DNA from: Eledone cirrhosa
Lineage: Eukaryota
Direction: 5' to 3'
Assembly: GCA_964016885.1 (NCBI GenBank)
Contig: OZ024750.1
Coordinates: 26,598,001-26,662,000 of the forward strand
DNA length: 64,000 nucleotides
Positions within the stretch are counted from its first letter, which is position 1; each line of letters begins with the position of its first letter. The position numbers were made by a program, and so were the translations under genes. Below the pieces are notes generated by a model. That model saw only the letters and a list, made by a program, of their open reading frames with translations. It made no database searches and was not told the DNA's origin. Of the stretch, positions 1 to 12,740 are shown in pieces.

Positions 1-102
1 ACATTCGATTCGCTTGCAATTATGCAAACAAACCTCAATTTTATAGCCATGTCAGTAGAATGAACACTTCATTCTTGCTTCTGTGTTGGCATGCGAACAG
101 AA

Positions 103-146
103 CTGCAGACACTGATGTTTCTGGGTATCACCCTTCATCAGTACAG
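103..146 (-). ncRNA. Type I hammerhead ribozyme, canonical core
   Basis: Minus strand reads CUGUA-CUGAUGA-A-GGGU GAU ACCC-A-GAAAC AUCAGU GUC^UGCAG. Stem I is CUGUA/UGCAG, stem II GGGU/ACCC, stem III ACA/UGU, with a GUC cleavage triplet. Confidence 0.85.
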
Positions 147-472
147 CCCACTGTTTTCCTGCAAAACCATCAGAGCCAGTGAAAAGATATGCTATTTTCA
201 AAAATACACAGTGACTCATTGGCCTGATTTGCATATTAGCAGACTGGATGATATATACCAATATATTCACAACAAAGCCTGCAGCTCCATACTCCTTCGC
301 TCTTCCCTCTCCCTCTCTCTATGTCCCTCTTTCAATCTACTCTCTTACAACTACAATCTTTTTCTCTCTATCTTTCACTCTCTCTTGTGTGTGTGGGTGC
401 AAGTGTGTGCGTGCATGTGTGTGTGTGTATGTAAATATGATGTTTAATATAGAAATCTCATATATATTTCAG

Positions 473-604
473 AATGCCGCATAGGAAAGTTTGGTGTTAA
501 TTGTAATGTGACATGTCATTGTATCAACAACACAAACTGTGACATCTTTAATGGGACATGTTCAGATGGATGTTCTGCAGGTTATACTGGTGAGAATTGC
601 CAAG
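473..604 (+). CDS. Internal exon encoding one EGF/laminin-EGF-like repeat (MEGF10/11-, SCARF- or Draper-like protein)
   Basis: tttcAG acceptor at 471-472 and GTatat donor at 605-606; 132 bp, phase 1-1. Translates CRIGKFGVNCNVTCHCINNTNCDIFNGTCSDGCSAGYTGENCQ (8 Cys, GxFGxNC and GYxGxxC motifs). Confidence 0.85.
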
Positions 605-789
605 GTATATCATAAACTTGTTACATAGTTACGATAATTACTATATACACACAGGCATATATATATGTGTGTGTGTGGGTGTGTATGTGTGTGTGTTGGG
701 GGGGGGGGCTAATGCGGGTGTGTATGTGCATGTGTTTGTGTATGTGTTTAAATAGGATGTTTAATATAGAAATCTCATATATATTTCAG

Positions 790-924
790 AATGCCGAATA
801 GGAAAGTTTGGTCTTAATTATAATAGGACATGCCATTGTATCAACAACAAATACTGTGATAAGCTAAATGGAACATGTTGAGATAAATGTTCTGCAGATT
901 ATATTGGTAACAATTGCCCAGAAG
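790..924 (+). pseudogene. Tandemly duplicated, inactivated EGF-like exon
   Basis: Same upstream intron text and acceptor as the 473 exon. Translates CRIGKFGLNYNRTCHCINNKYCDKLNGTC*DKCSADYIGNNCPE: Cys2>Tyr, in-frame TGA at 879-881, donor GT>GG at 925-926. Confidence 0.85.
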
Positions 925-953
925 GGATATCATAAACTTGTTACGTATTTACG

Positions 954-1120
<167 letters not shown>

Positions 1121-1254
1121 TTTGCGTGTGTATGTGTGTGTGTGTGCATGTGTTTGTGTGTTTGATGTTTAATATAGAAATCGCTTATACTGGACTAGAA
1201 TAGTTTCATCCACAGAAATCATCAGGAATAGGTTTTCCTGATGATTATGTTTGG

Positions 1255-1436
1255 TGGATTGGCAGTATCGGTAGAGGGTCGGACGCCATGCTTTACAGCA
1301 TAGTTACGTCCCTTTACAATCTGAGTTCAAATCCCGCCGAGGTTGACTTTGCCTTTCATCCTTACGGGGTCGATAAAATAAAGTACCAGTAATGCACTGG
1401 GTAATTGCTGGCCTTGTGCCTAAAGTAGAAACAATT
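1255..1436 (+). mobile_element. tRNA-derived SINE, family A
   Basis: A-box-like TGGCAGTATCGG, B-box GAGTTCAAATCCC, body GTTGACTTTGCCTTTCATCCTTACGGGGTCGATAAAATAAAGTACCAGT; repeated at 13.4, 46.1, 46.3, 53.8 and 55.8 kb. Confidence 0.8.
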
Positions 1437-1470
1437 ATGTTTGAATGAAATAGTTCTAATAGTTCAAAAT

Positions 1471-1522
<52 letters not shown>

Positions 1523-1669
1523 TTAGGTTTTTTTGTTTCACCACTGGATAGAACTGGTCATTCTGAATAGTCAACCTCGATGTAATATTATGGTGAGCAC
1601 TCGACGTAATGCAACTCAACTGTCTTCGTTTGTGTAGTTGGTGGTGCGAGTACGGAGTTAATTATTATA

Positions 1670-3569
1670 GAATAACAGGAGTCTGGACTGGTGTAATTCC
1701 TTGAAAGGTTTATTATACTATGATCATTTCAATGACCGGGTTCAGTATGAATCCGGTGACATCATCAGGTATTCAGAATATAACAAAGGAATATAATAGA
1801 CAAAATCCATGGGGCTAAAAATAAGAGACATGAGGACGACCGAACATTCAGCAGCTTCTACCACGGTCGACCACCCCCTGTTATTTCTGTACAGATGAGA
1901 GACGTGTATTTACGCTTAAACAATGAATCAATCTGTTACAATTAATAATTATTCGCAAAGTATTAATATTGAAATGCATTTATTCGGAAGTGTGACAGAA
2001 TAAATTATTTCTTCACAAGTAGCAAGATTATAAGCAAGCCGTGGAAGAATCAAGAGAACAAATGGAAGTAGATAAATGGGAAATTTAGTGAAATATTATT
2101 TTAAGGCTTGAGACTTATAGCCATAAAACTTATAGCCATATATTTGTATAGCAGCTGTATCATGTTTTAAAAGACGGATTGAGAGCAAAGTTTGTCATGC
2201 GATAATCAAAGACCGCACTCTAGAATTTGAAATAATTAAACTAAGCATGAAGACTTCTAACTAAAGTAGGCTCATTATTGCACACATGGTAATACGAGGT
2301 ACGTAATTTAGTTAGTACCAGTTATAAGACACAAACCCGTATTCACACGCCGTAGTACATTTTGATAGAATTCTTTATATTTCCGGAAATATTCGTTGTC
2401 CTGCCATATCTTAAAGAAGTGGAAAATTGTGAATTTTCCCTTCCTGCATGATGCGAAGTGTTCACTGCATGTGGTGTTTCTGACAGAGGGATCTCCAATT
2501 TATTTTTTATGGACCCGAACCCTATCATGTAGACCCGTTCTCAAATGTAGTATTCTTCACGTTGTGGGCAGGTCACACAATAAATTAAGGTTTTCGTTTT
2601 GCAATTCCCGCTTTCCTTAAATTTGAAAATGTCATTGATTCAAAAGGAGATTTGCCCTCTCTCTTCAATGAATGAACAAGTTCCGTATAAAGGGTTCCTG
2701 CATTTCTTAACTTTCATTGATTCATTGTCAGACGTAAATTTCGCCTTAATAAACAGTATTTTTAAAGTTAGGTGCTTGGCGTCTACTATATAGTATTTGT
2801 GAGTCTTTTATGTGTGCTTTCATTTTGGAGGACTGCTTGAGAATCGGGAGATATTGTTTAGCGTCTTTCACGATGTTGAAGTTCCATGGATTGTAAGTGA
2901 CGATAAAAGGGATAACTGCTTTTTCCCTTTTATTTTGTAGGTTTGTTTTTCTTAGTTTTGTCACTGGGCTATTCTGGGCCTTGGAGATAGCCGTATTGAT
3001 GAAGATCACCGGAGAGTCTATTAAGGAGCTCTTTTAGTTCATATAATCTTTTTTCCTATAGTGTGGTTTGTGTTTCTATGGTGCAAATACGTTTTGTCAT
3101 ATTATAGGGAATGTTCCTTTTGGTATGTGAGAGGTGTGCTGACCGGAAATTCAAGTACTGGTGTGTGTCTGTCGTTTGTAAAATAGGTCTGTTTTTATAT
3201 TTTCCCCTTCTTTAATGATAGTGATATCCCAAAACGGTCGTTCCTTTTTATTTCAATCCATGGTAAATTGTCTTGCTTCGTGAAGCCTGTTTATGATGGA
3301 ATGGAATCTTTGTAGGTCTCCTTGGCTTCTATTAAAGAAGATGAAGCAGTCGTCTAGGTAACATTTCCAGTTGTTATTAATGTAGGTGGCAAAGTCGTGA
3401 CTGAAAGCTTCTTGCAGCTGGGAATATAATTTTACCTCTAGGTGAAACAAGACGAGTGTTACATATGTTGGGGCTACTTTGGTGCCGATGGATGTTTCTT
3501 TCGTGTATGTATGTATATATATATTCCTGCGATTGTCTGTTTTTTCTTTTTTGTTTTCGTTATTCCGAA

Positions 3570-3614
<45 letters not shown>

Positions 3615-3900
3615 AACAGTGAGAGAGAAACAACATGTCGGTTATATGGTGATGTTGTGGTTGATCCCAATTCTGTTCCTTGCATGTGTGATTGCAGCGA
3701 TCATTTGCAGGTATGTGATTTCTTTTATCAATACAATTGTTAGAAGTGATTGATCAATTTCAATCTGTCTGATGTTTAGATTTAGAATCAATAAAATTGT
3801 ATTTTTCTTTTATAATTGTATATTGTGTAATTGACCTTCGTATGTTTCAGCGATGAGTTTTCAATATGATAACTTATTTTCCCAGTTGTTCGGTGAATAT
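1670..3900 (-). mobile_element. Degenerate Penelope-like element (RT + GIY-YIG) with 3' pLTR
   Basis: Minus-strand fragments GTKVAPTY..., NNWKCYLDDCF (RT), YFRSAHLSH, IPFIVTYNP and LIYCVTCPQREEYYI (GIY-YIG). Frameshifts, stops and a (TA)n interruption at ~3572-3608. Confidence 0.8.
1715..1772 (-). ncRNA. Hammerhead ribozyme in PLE pLTR
   Basis: AUAC-CUGAUGA-ugucACCGG...CCGGUcauu-GAAA UGAUCA UA^GUAU; palindromic stem III; AAUAAA follows immediately. Confidence 0.8.
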
Positions 3901-4295
3901 TAATGACCACGTATAATATTAAAAGTACTAATTGCAGTCGTTTGACTAATTATTGCCTCATAATTTGACCAGGACATTTAAAAAATTTCTTTTTCACACA
4001 AACATAGTAATTCTGTTTGATAGGCTAAAAGAAGCTTTGCCTTGATGTTATTTGAATAGAGATACATCAGGCATAAAGTTGAAAACTGTAAAGTATTATA
4101 TCTAATTCTCAATATTGTGAATTTCCTATATATTTCATATTAGTATTTTATTGTTTTGACTAGAAATATTTTGATTAGCTAATTTCATTTTCTATAGCCC
4201 AAGCAATATCAAGTTTATTTTTTATACCGTTAGAAGTACAAAATGTCACGATTCATAGGCATACTTATTGAAACAGTTCATAATTGAGTCTAATA

Positions 4296-4588
4296 TGTTA
4301 GAATCTTTTTAAAATATCCTTAAAAAATATTCGTACGAATTAAATACAACATTTTCAGTCGAAAAGAAAAGCAAATTATTTCAAATTATATAATTTTGAA
4401 AAATAGACGTGAATGTTCTCAAAGACTTGATCTCAGTCGAATAAACATTTTCTTTATTTTTATTCTATATTTCACTGTTAGCTGTTGCCATATTTGAGTG
4501 GATAGACAATTCTACAATTCAAACTGTAAAGTCAAAATACAAAAGATACAAAATGTGAAGGATTTCTTACCTTTCTCTGGAATCACAA
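4296..4588 (+). repeat. Diverged ~290 bp duplicated block (second copy at ~60029-60307)
   Basis: Shared runs AGACGTGAATGTTCTCAAAGA, ATTCTATATTTCACTGTTAGCTGTTG, TTTGAGTGGATAGACAATTCTACAATTCAAA and ATTTCTTACCTTTCTCTG, in the same order and orientation. Confidence 0.85.
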
Positions 4589-4699
4589 ACCCAAAGGAAA
4601 AATAGTACCTTGCAAAATAAAGTGCTTCGATCACAAACTTAGTTGCAAAGAATAAATTGAGATGCTTGGTGACAGTGCGCAAGAAAAATCTCTATCCCT

Positions 4700-5059
<360 letters not shown>

Positions 5060-5293
5060 GATTAATCGAGTATCGACAAATCGGCACACGAGTTCACGAT
5101 AAACAAAATCGACATGAGTGGCAGAGGGCTCAATAATTCAGATAAATCAGAGCTATAACTATCGTTAAAATACCAACACACAAAGATTATGTCTAAAATC
5201 ACCCATACGACCGAAAATTTACGATCAGGAAGATTCGGGTCACTCAGATAAAATATCAATAAATCAATAAATCATATGAATGTAAAAAGCATA

Positions 5294-5424
5294 CCCGCAC
5301 CCACTAGAAAGATGGTAAATCTAGCTTCTTGGGTTTCTGTAATTCCTTAATCCACCCCTATCAGCCCACATAAAAATATATAAGACTTCTAGAGAGCGGC
5401 AGACGGGAATACTTTATCAACGGG
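5294..5424 (-). ncRNA. Extended hammerhead-like motif with U3:A8 core variant (cleavage triplet GUG)
   Basis: CCCG-UUGAUAA-aGUAUUCC...GGAAUUACa-GAA-ACCCA...UGGGU-G^CGGG; lies in a ~420 bp insert (5057-5480) bounded by (TA)n. Confidence 0.65.
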
Positions 5425-5489
5425 CTTTGTCCAAACGAATAAAAAAGCCAACCCTAGTTGAGACGCACATGGTATCCAGCAATATATAT

Positions 5490-6900
5490 ATGGGGTCCTG
5501 GGAGACAAAGTTGACATCAACTGGAGTATCCTTGGGAAGCGTGAAGATCAAGAGAGGTATCTTTCAGGGAGATAGCCTGTCCCCTCTGTTGTTTGTCCTT
5601 GCCCTGATGCCCTTGACCATTATGCTGCGAAAACTGAGAGCAGGATACAAGTTGGGAAGGGGAGAGCTTACCATCAATCACCTCCTCTTCATGGACGATC
5701 TTAAGCTCTTCGGGAAAAGTGAGAAGGAGTTGGATGTGCTTGTTGACACTGTCCGTATTTTCAGCAGTGATATATGTATGCAGTTTGGTATTGGTAAATG
5801 TGGAGTCATTGTGATGAAGAGGGGTAGGTTGAGCAGAAGTAACGGGATCCAGATACCAACAGGTGAGATGATAAAGGAAATTGACTCTGAGGAAGGATAC
5901 AAGTATTTGGGCGTTCTGGAGGCTGATGGCATAAAGAACAAAAAAATGAAGGAATTGTTAAGAACTGAATACATTCGGAGAGTAAGGAGCGTATTGAAGT
6001 CACATCTGAACAGCAGAAATGCCATAAGCGCAGTAAATTCCCGAGCTGTGTCTATTATTAGGTACAGTTCGGGAATTCTGAGATGGAATGTTGCTGAACA
6101 AAAAGAAATGGATAGGAAGACTAGGAAGCTATTGACTATCTACAACATGTTCCACAAGAGGAGTGATGTCGATAGACTCTACCTAAGGAGATCTGAGGGT
6201 GGAAGAGGTCTTATCAGCATAGAGGACTGTGTTCAGATGGAGAAAAACAACCTATACAAATACGTGACCTATAGTAAGGAGCCAATGCTCTGAACTGTAC
6301 TGAAGGAGGGGACAGTAGGCCAGGGGATGTCCAAGGAGGAAATAACATCAAGGAGGATGAGCAGCCTTAAGGGAAAATCCCTTCATAGTACCTTCTTTGA
6401 GAAAACTGAATTTAGAGATCCACAGACATGGAACTGGTTGAGAAGAGGAGACCTCAAAAAGGCTACAGAAGGAATGCTAATGGCTGCGCAGGAGCAGGCC
6501 CTCAAAACGAAGTGGTTGAAGCACCATATCTACAAGGAGGAGGCTAGCCCACTGTGCAGGATCTGTGGAGAGAGAGAGGAGACTGTGGCTCACATTGTGT
6601 CCGAGTGTAAACACCTAGCCCAGACCCACTATAAGGGCTGGAGACACGATGTGATGGGCAGGGTGATCCACTGGCACCTGTGCAAAGTAAACAATTTACC
6701 ACATTCTGAGAAATGGTATGAGCATAGGCCAGAGGCGGTGATGGAGAACAATCAGGTGAAGGTGCTGTGGGATTTTAGGATACAGACGGACAAAAAACTG
6801 GAACACAATAGACCTGACCTGGTGGTTGTGGACAAAGAAAAAAGATCGTGTCTGATTGTGGATGTGGCCTGCCCGTTCGACACGAGAGTGCAAGAGAAGG
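5490..6900 (+). mobile_element. R4/Dong-like non-LTR retrotransposon fragment (RT, CCHC knuckle, restriction-like endonuclease), truncated at both ends
   Basis: RGIFQGDSLSPLLF, HLLFMDDLKLF, YKYLG, GGRGL, AAQEQAL, CRICGEREETVAHIVSEC, RHD, RPDLVVVD...IVDVACPFD; single in-frame TGA at 6291-6293. Confidence 0.88.
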
Positions 6901-9745
6901 ACGCGCCAGTCACTCGTCTGAATCATATGGTTTTAAATCATGTAAAAACCCACCTACAAACCCTCACCTCGAAGCTTTCGAACAGGACTTATTGAAAACT
7001 ACCATGAACATTAAGTTCAACAGACATAGAAATAATGAGCTGCAGAACAACGTGAAAGCACTACTCCGAAAATTGCAAAATACCAATGGAATTGTTGTGA
7101 AAGCTGACAAGACTTCTAACGTGTATACCATGGATATCGATACGTATAATAACTTCATACGCAACGAACTACACAAAAAATATAGAAAAACAAATGAAAC
7201 TACGCTAGCAAATATTAACAACGAGGCATATAAAGTGGTAAAGAATCTCAAGATAGACGATAGAACCGAGCCGATTATACCCGCTACCCCCACCTTCAAC
7301 CTGAAGGACCATAAGGTAAATTTTGACTCTAACCCTAAGATTAGACTTATATGCCCTTCTAAATCAGACATAGGGAAAATTAGTAAACATATACTTGACA
7401 GAGTAATAACTCAAGTGAAAAAGAAAATTGAAATTAAATTATGGGGCAACACTAGCGAAGCAATTCGCTGGTTTAATAATGTTAAGAATAAGAATAAATC
7501 TAAGTTTATACAATTTGACATAGACGAATACTACTCTTCCATCTCACCAAGCACTTTACGTAAGGCCCTATCGTTTGCTAAGGCCAATTCCGACCTAACG
7601 GAGGACGAAATTAACATTATTCTCGAGGCTAGAAAAACCATTATTAAGTTCGATAACTGCTACTGGGAACGTAAGGACAGACCCACAAATTTCGATATTA
7701 CCATGGGTTCCAACGACTCGGCGGAAGTCACGGATCTCGTGGGAATTTACATAGCCCACATATTACATAGTAGATTTAGTAATCTACAGGGGGGGGGGGA
7801 TATACAGAGATGACGGGCTCTTATTAGTTAATAACTTGAATAACCAAAATCTTGAAAGGCTACGGAAAAATATTAGAAAATCTTTTAGTGAACTGGGTCT
7901 AAAAATAACATACGAATACAATCTTAAGGTAGTAAACTTTCTGGACGTAACTCTTAATTTAAATACCGGACAGATACGACCCTTCCACAAGGTAAATGAG
8001 AACCTTACGTATATTGACTTTAACTCTAACCACCCACTCTCCATGATCAAATCAGTTCCCCGGAGTATTTCTCTTAGAATCTCTCGCCTATCGTCTAACT
8101 CTGATATTTTTAGCGAACATGCTGAATACTACAATAATGCATTAAGGAATGCTGACCACCGGGATACAATGGAATACATCGATAGTAATTTCCACAACAC
8201 GCATAGCTCTACACGTAATCAAGGTATACGTAACCGGGGGACTAAAACACAAGCACACACACACTGTACTACCAGACGTACTAATAATAGAAGATCACCA
8301 CCAAATAAATCACGTTGTAGAAAGTATATCTGGTACAATCCTATTTTTAATGCCTCGATTAGTACAAAACTATCTCTTTCATTCTTTAAATTAATTAATA
8401 AACACTTCCCTAGTTCCCATAAGTACAGCAAAATTCTGAACTCCAAAACTATTAGACTATCATACTCCACGGCACCAAACCTTGAAGCATACATAAAAAA
8501 ACTTAACTTAAGGCAATTAAACAACTCTACAAAACAAAACATTTTAGTAACAGATGGGCAGAACGCAATATCTACCTCCCAACCACTAAATGGGAGACGG
8601 GTATTGCACAACCCACCTGTACCGCTATCACAACCTATCCATGGTATACCCGCTACCCACAACAAAGCATGTAACTGCCATCTACCTGAAAGATGTCCAT
8701 TGCAGAATGAATGCCTAAAGTCCAACATTGTTTACCAATGCACGGTTGAATCGGACGACCAGAAATGGTATTATATCGGATCTACCACCACATCGTTTAA
8801 ATCTCGCTGGTACCGTCATCGATTCTCAATCAAACATCAGAATCACCGTTTTGTGACCACGCTCGCCAACAAGACCTGGCAACTCCGTGAACACAACCAA
8901 CAGTTCACCTTAAAATGGGATATACTTTCCAGCGCAAATGCATATCGGAGTGGTTTGAAGTACTACAGGTTATGTAACCTTGAGCTATTTTACATACTAA
9001 AATCCAAAAACAAACTACTTAACGATAGAATTGAACGATCATTATACTGCAACCACAAACTAAAAGCTAAATTCTCTCACTATAAAATAACTTAACATTC
9101 GAACCCGTAACTACAACACCACTTTCTAGCTAACAACCTTCTCTTCCCCCCACACTACAAGACAATACACTGCTTATCACTATACATGGTAACTCAGTAC
9201 AACTCCTAGAATACTACTACAAAACCAAAAGTTCACTCACCACACATATTTATCTGTCCCCTCTCTACCTATATAATTCTCTCTACATCCATTACACTCT
9301 CTCTCTCTCTCACCTTTGACCTACCTCCCTCTCAACATTTATGAACCTGCCCTCTGGGGCAATAAATAATTCCGACCTCAACTATCTACGCATCTCTCCA
9401 AAAGTAACTAATAAAACCCCTACCATAACATTTTGATTAAGATATCTACAAGCCACTCTCTCCTACTTCTCCAACCCCTGCATATCTTTCCTTCTCTCTC
9501 CTTCTTCCCTACTTTTCTCTCTTCCTGTTCCACTCTATCTTCCCCAACAACCCGACTTAAGGGTTTTTACATTGTATATTTACCATTCTGCTCTGAGGAA
9601 ACAGTGGTCACAGCATTGGATATTCGAGTTCTGCAAATACTTGTGAATTTGCACGTAGTGTAACTAGGCTGCAGCACCACCGTGGAAACACTTGTAAGCA
9701 CACGGAATAAACTACTTTTTTATGATGTCTACCTGTTATTATTCA
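6900..9745 (+). mobile_element. Penelope-like element, 5'-truncated, RT + Cys linker + GIY-YIG + pLTR
   Basis: ORFs 6848-7813 and 7836-9095 are joined by a frameshift in the G-run at ~7789-7799 (GIYRDDGL restored). Motifs KADKT, RLICPSKS, QFDIDEYYSSI, TMGS, NFLDV, SNHP, CNC..CPL...C and NIVYQC...YYIGST. Confidence 0.92.
9589..9700 (+). ncRNA. Hammerhead ribozyme with ~85-nt stem II domain
   Basis: UGCU-CUGAGGA-[aacaGUGGU...UGCAAAU..AUUUGCA...ACCACcgug]-GAAAC ACUU GUA^AGCA, followed by AATAAA at ~9706; sense to the PLE ORF. Confidence 0.75.
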
Positions 9746-9750
9746 TTCTT

Positions 9751-10155
<405 letters not shown>

Positions 10156-10256
10156 GTAGTGGTAGAACACTGGAAGGTAATATCCGTAGTGGTAGAGCAC
10201 TCAGTCCATGGGACGAGTTAGGTAGATGTGGTTACACAACAGTTAATTCACCATAC

Positions 10257-10294
10257 CGAGAACAATTGTTTCACCTTAGCGGATCCTCAGCTCG
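10257..10294 (-). ncRNA. Minimal hammerhead ribozyme (left pLTR arm)
   Basis: CGAG-CUGAGGA-UCCGCUAAGGU-GAAAC AAUU GUU^CUCG; palindromic stem III. Confidence 0.8.
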
Positions 10295-12393
10295 TAATGG
10301 ACATGGTTATACGGAACAGGAAGGACAACCGTACGAATGCGCATGCGCAGAAACGATCACTTCACACAGGCAATACTAAATTGCGTGTGAGAGGTGTAAG
10401 GGAGATAAGTGCGAAACACCCTAGCACCTTTCAAACTAAAATTAGAAATGAAATTAAGAAATTTAGGTCTAGTAACACTTTCGTTCTTTCCGACAAAACT
10501 AATAATATTTACGAAGTCCACAACACCACCCTCCGCCACTTGGCCCATAACACTATTACTTCCAAAAGCTAACCCTATGGCCTACCACGGCATTAATACA
10601 GAAACCAAAGAACTTGCCGCCGCCCTTACGGTAGATAAGAAGCTACAATTTCAAGCTAAGCGGGAAGGGTTCCTCACCCTGAAAGATCACGAGGTAGACT
10701 TTACTTCTAACCCCACATGTAGACTAATAAACTTGGCACGCACAGATATGGGACTAGTCACTAAGGCCATATTTAGAAACATAGTTAAGACCATTTGGAC
10801 CAAGTCCAACCTGTCCCAGGGGGAGAACAACGACTCCTTAATTAAGTGGTTTAACTCCTTCAAATACAAAAAAGCGAAGTTCACACAGTTTGACATTGTT
10901 GACTTTTACCCGTCGATCTGAGAGACCCTGTTAAACAAAGCGTTGGACTTTGCTACCACTTACACTACCGTCGACGGTTTCGACAGGGAAATCATCGCTC
11001 ACTGCCGGAAAACCCTCCTCTTCAACAGCGGATTAGCGTGGGCAAAGAAGTCAACAACTTCAGACCTATTCGACGTCTCCATGGGATCATTTGACAGTGC
11101 TGACGTATGCGACTGGTTGACCTATTTAGTTTAAACATATTACACGGGAATATACCGCGACAATGGACTGACCTTATCGAGCCATAAAAGTGGTCACGAC
11201 CTCGACCGGTTTAGAAAAGACTTAGCTTCTAGCTTCAATGAGCTAGGACTTAGGATAACAGTAGCTACCAAACGCTCTAGCGTAGATTTCTTAGACATTA
11301 ATTTAGACCTTCGCCCACACACCTACAGATCCTTTCATAAGCTAAACGAAAAACTCAATTACATTCACAAGTACTCATGCCACCCTTCCATTGTTTTTAG
11401 CAACTTCGTAAATAATATCAGTACTAGAATCTCAAACCTCTCCTCTAATAAGGATTTACTTGACAGGGCGGTACCCTATTAAACACGGCGTTATCTAACA
11501 GCGGCTTCTCCCAACCTATCACTTACTCTCCAACTAACGACAACAGCAATAAGAAAAGAAAGCGTAACAACAGACAAACTATTTGGTTCTCTCCTCCCTT
11601 CTCACTCAAAATTAATACCAATGTAGGTAAAAAATTCTAGCCCTCTTAGATAGACACTTTCCCATAGGTCAAAAATACCGCTCCATCTTTAACCGACACA
11701 AAGCAAAACTAGGATACTCCTGCGCTCAGAACATGAAGGCCCACATCACCAACAGCCCTAAGAGCAACACCCACCAGGGTGCTCTTGCCGTAAGTCCGAA
11801 GTTTGTCCCCTTCAACAGCAATGCAACACACCCGCTGTAGTTTATGAAGCTGTGGTCACTTCCAACCGACCAAATCAACCACAGGAGGTCAAATCCTTAG
11901 TGGGTATGGCGGAGGGCCGATTTAAGGAACGTTTCCTGAACTACCAGTCGACCTTTAGGTACCCGGATAGACGTTCATCCAAACTCGCGAGCCGCGTATG
12001 GTCCCTCAGTGACTCAAGTATAGACTACTCCATTCAATGGAAAGCCATCCCTAAGTCCAAGCCATACGCAAGGGGCAATCCGTCGTGTGGTCTATGTATT
12101 GATGAACGAATAAATATTCTAAAGAGATTACGCAATAGTGATTGCCTAAACACGAGAATGAATTCTTCACACGTTGTCCACACGTCTGGAAATACCTCTT
12201 ACATAACTACAAAGCCCCGGATTGAACTACAACAACATCCTAATTTTCTTATCAACTAGAACATTTCGGACTTTCGCAGTTATCTCCCTTACACCTCTCG
12301 CACGCAATTTAGTATTGCCTGTGTGAAGTGATCGTTTCAGCGCATGAACGTTCGTACGGTTGTCCTTCCTGTTCCGTATAACAAAGTCCATTA

Positions 12394-12431
12394 CGAGCTG
12401 AGGATCCGCTAAGGTGAAAAAATTGTTCTTG
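12394..12431 (+). ncRNA. Minimal hammerhead ribozyme (right pLTR arm, stem III C>A)
   Basis: CGAG-CUGAGGA-UCCGCUAAGGU-GAAAA AAUU GUU^CUUG. Confidence 0.7.
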
Positions 12432-12465
12432 GTATGGTGAACTAACTGTTGTGTAACCACTTCTA

Positions 12466-12508
<43 letters not shown>

Positions 12509-12740
12509 TTAGAAACACACAGATACATGCGGACACACACATATACATGAATGCATCCACACCCAACCGTGAGTTAAGGGTGCCAACCTCACCGATGTTG
12601 CTCAATGAATGACTGGGACAGACCAATCCGGTTGAACTAGACTGAACCAGTATCAGAGTTAAAAATACATTATGAAGAGAGAAGAAACATTTAGATATAA
12701 TTAGTAATAAAATGTATCATACCTAAACTGCTCCTAGATC

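Larger units (their letters stand above)
10157..12462 (+). mobile_element. Degenerate Penelope-like element with inverted pLTRs
   Basis: SDKTNNIY, TLKDH, CRLIN, QFDIVDFYPSI, FDVSMGSFDSA and GIY-YIG remnant (GMAEGRFKERF...CGLC). 189-bp inverted arms at 10228-10416 and 12272-12460; (TA)n on both sides. Confidence 0.9.

Noticed and set aside
879-881. TGA in the EGF exon as selenocysteine
   Set aside because: It aligns to Ser (TCA) in the paralog, not Cys, and the exon has other inactivating changes.
1200-1246. CTGATGA-containing hairpin AATCATCAGGAA/TTCCTGATGATT
   Set aside because: Stems I and III of a hammerhead cannot be formed; only a short inverted repeat is supported.
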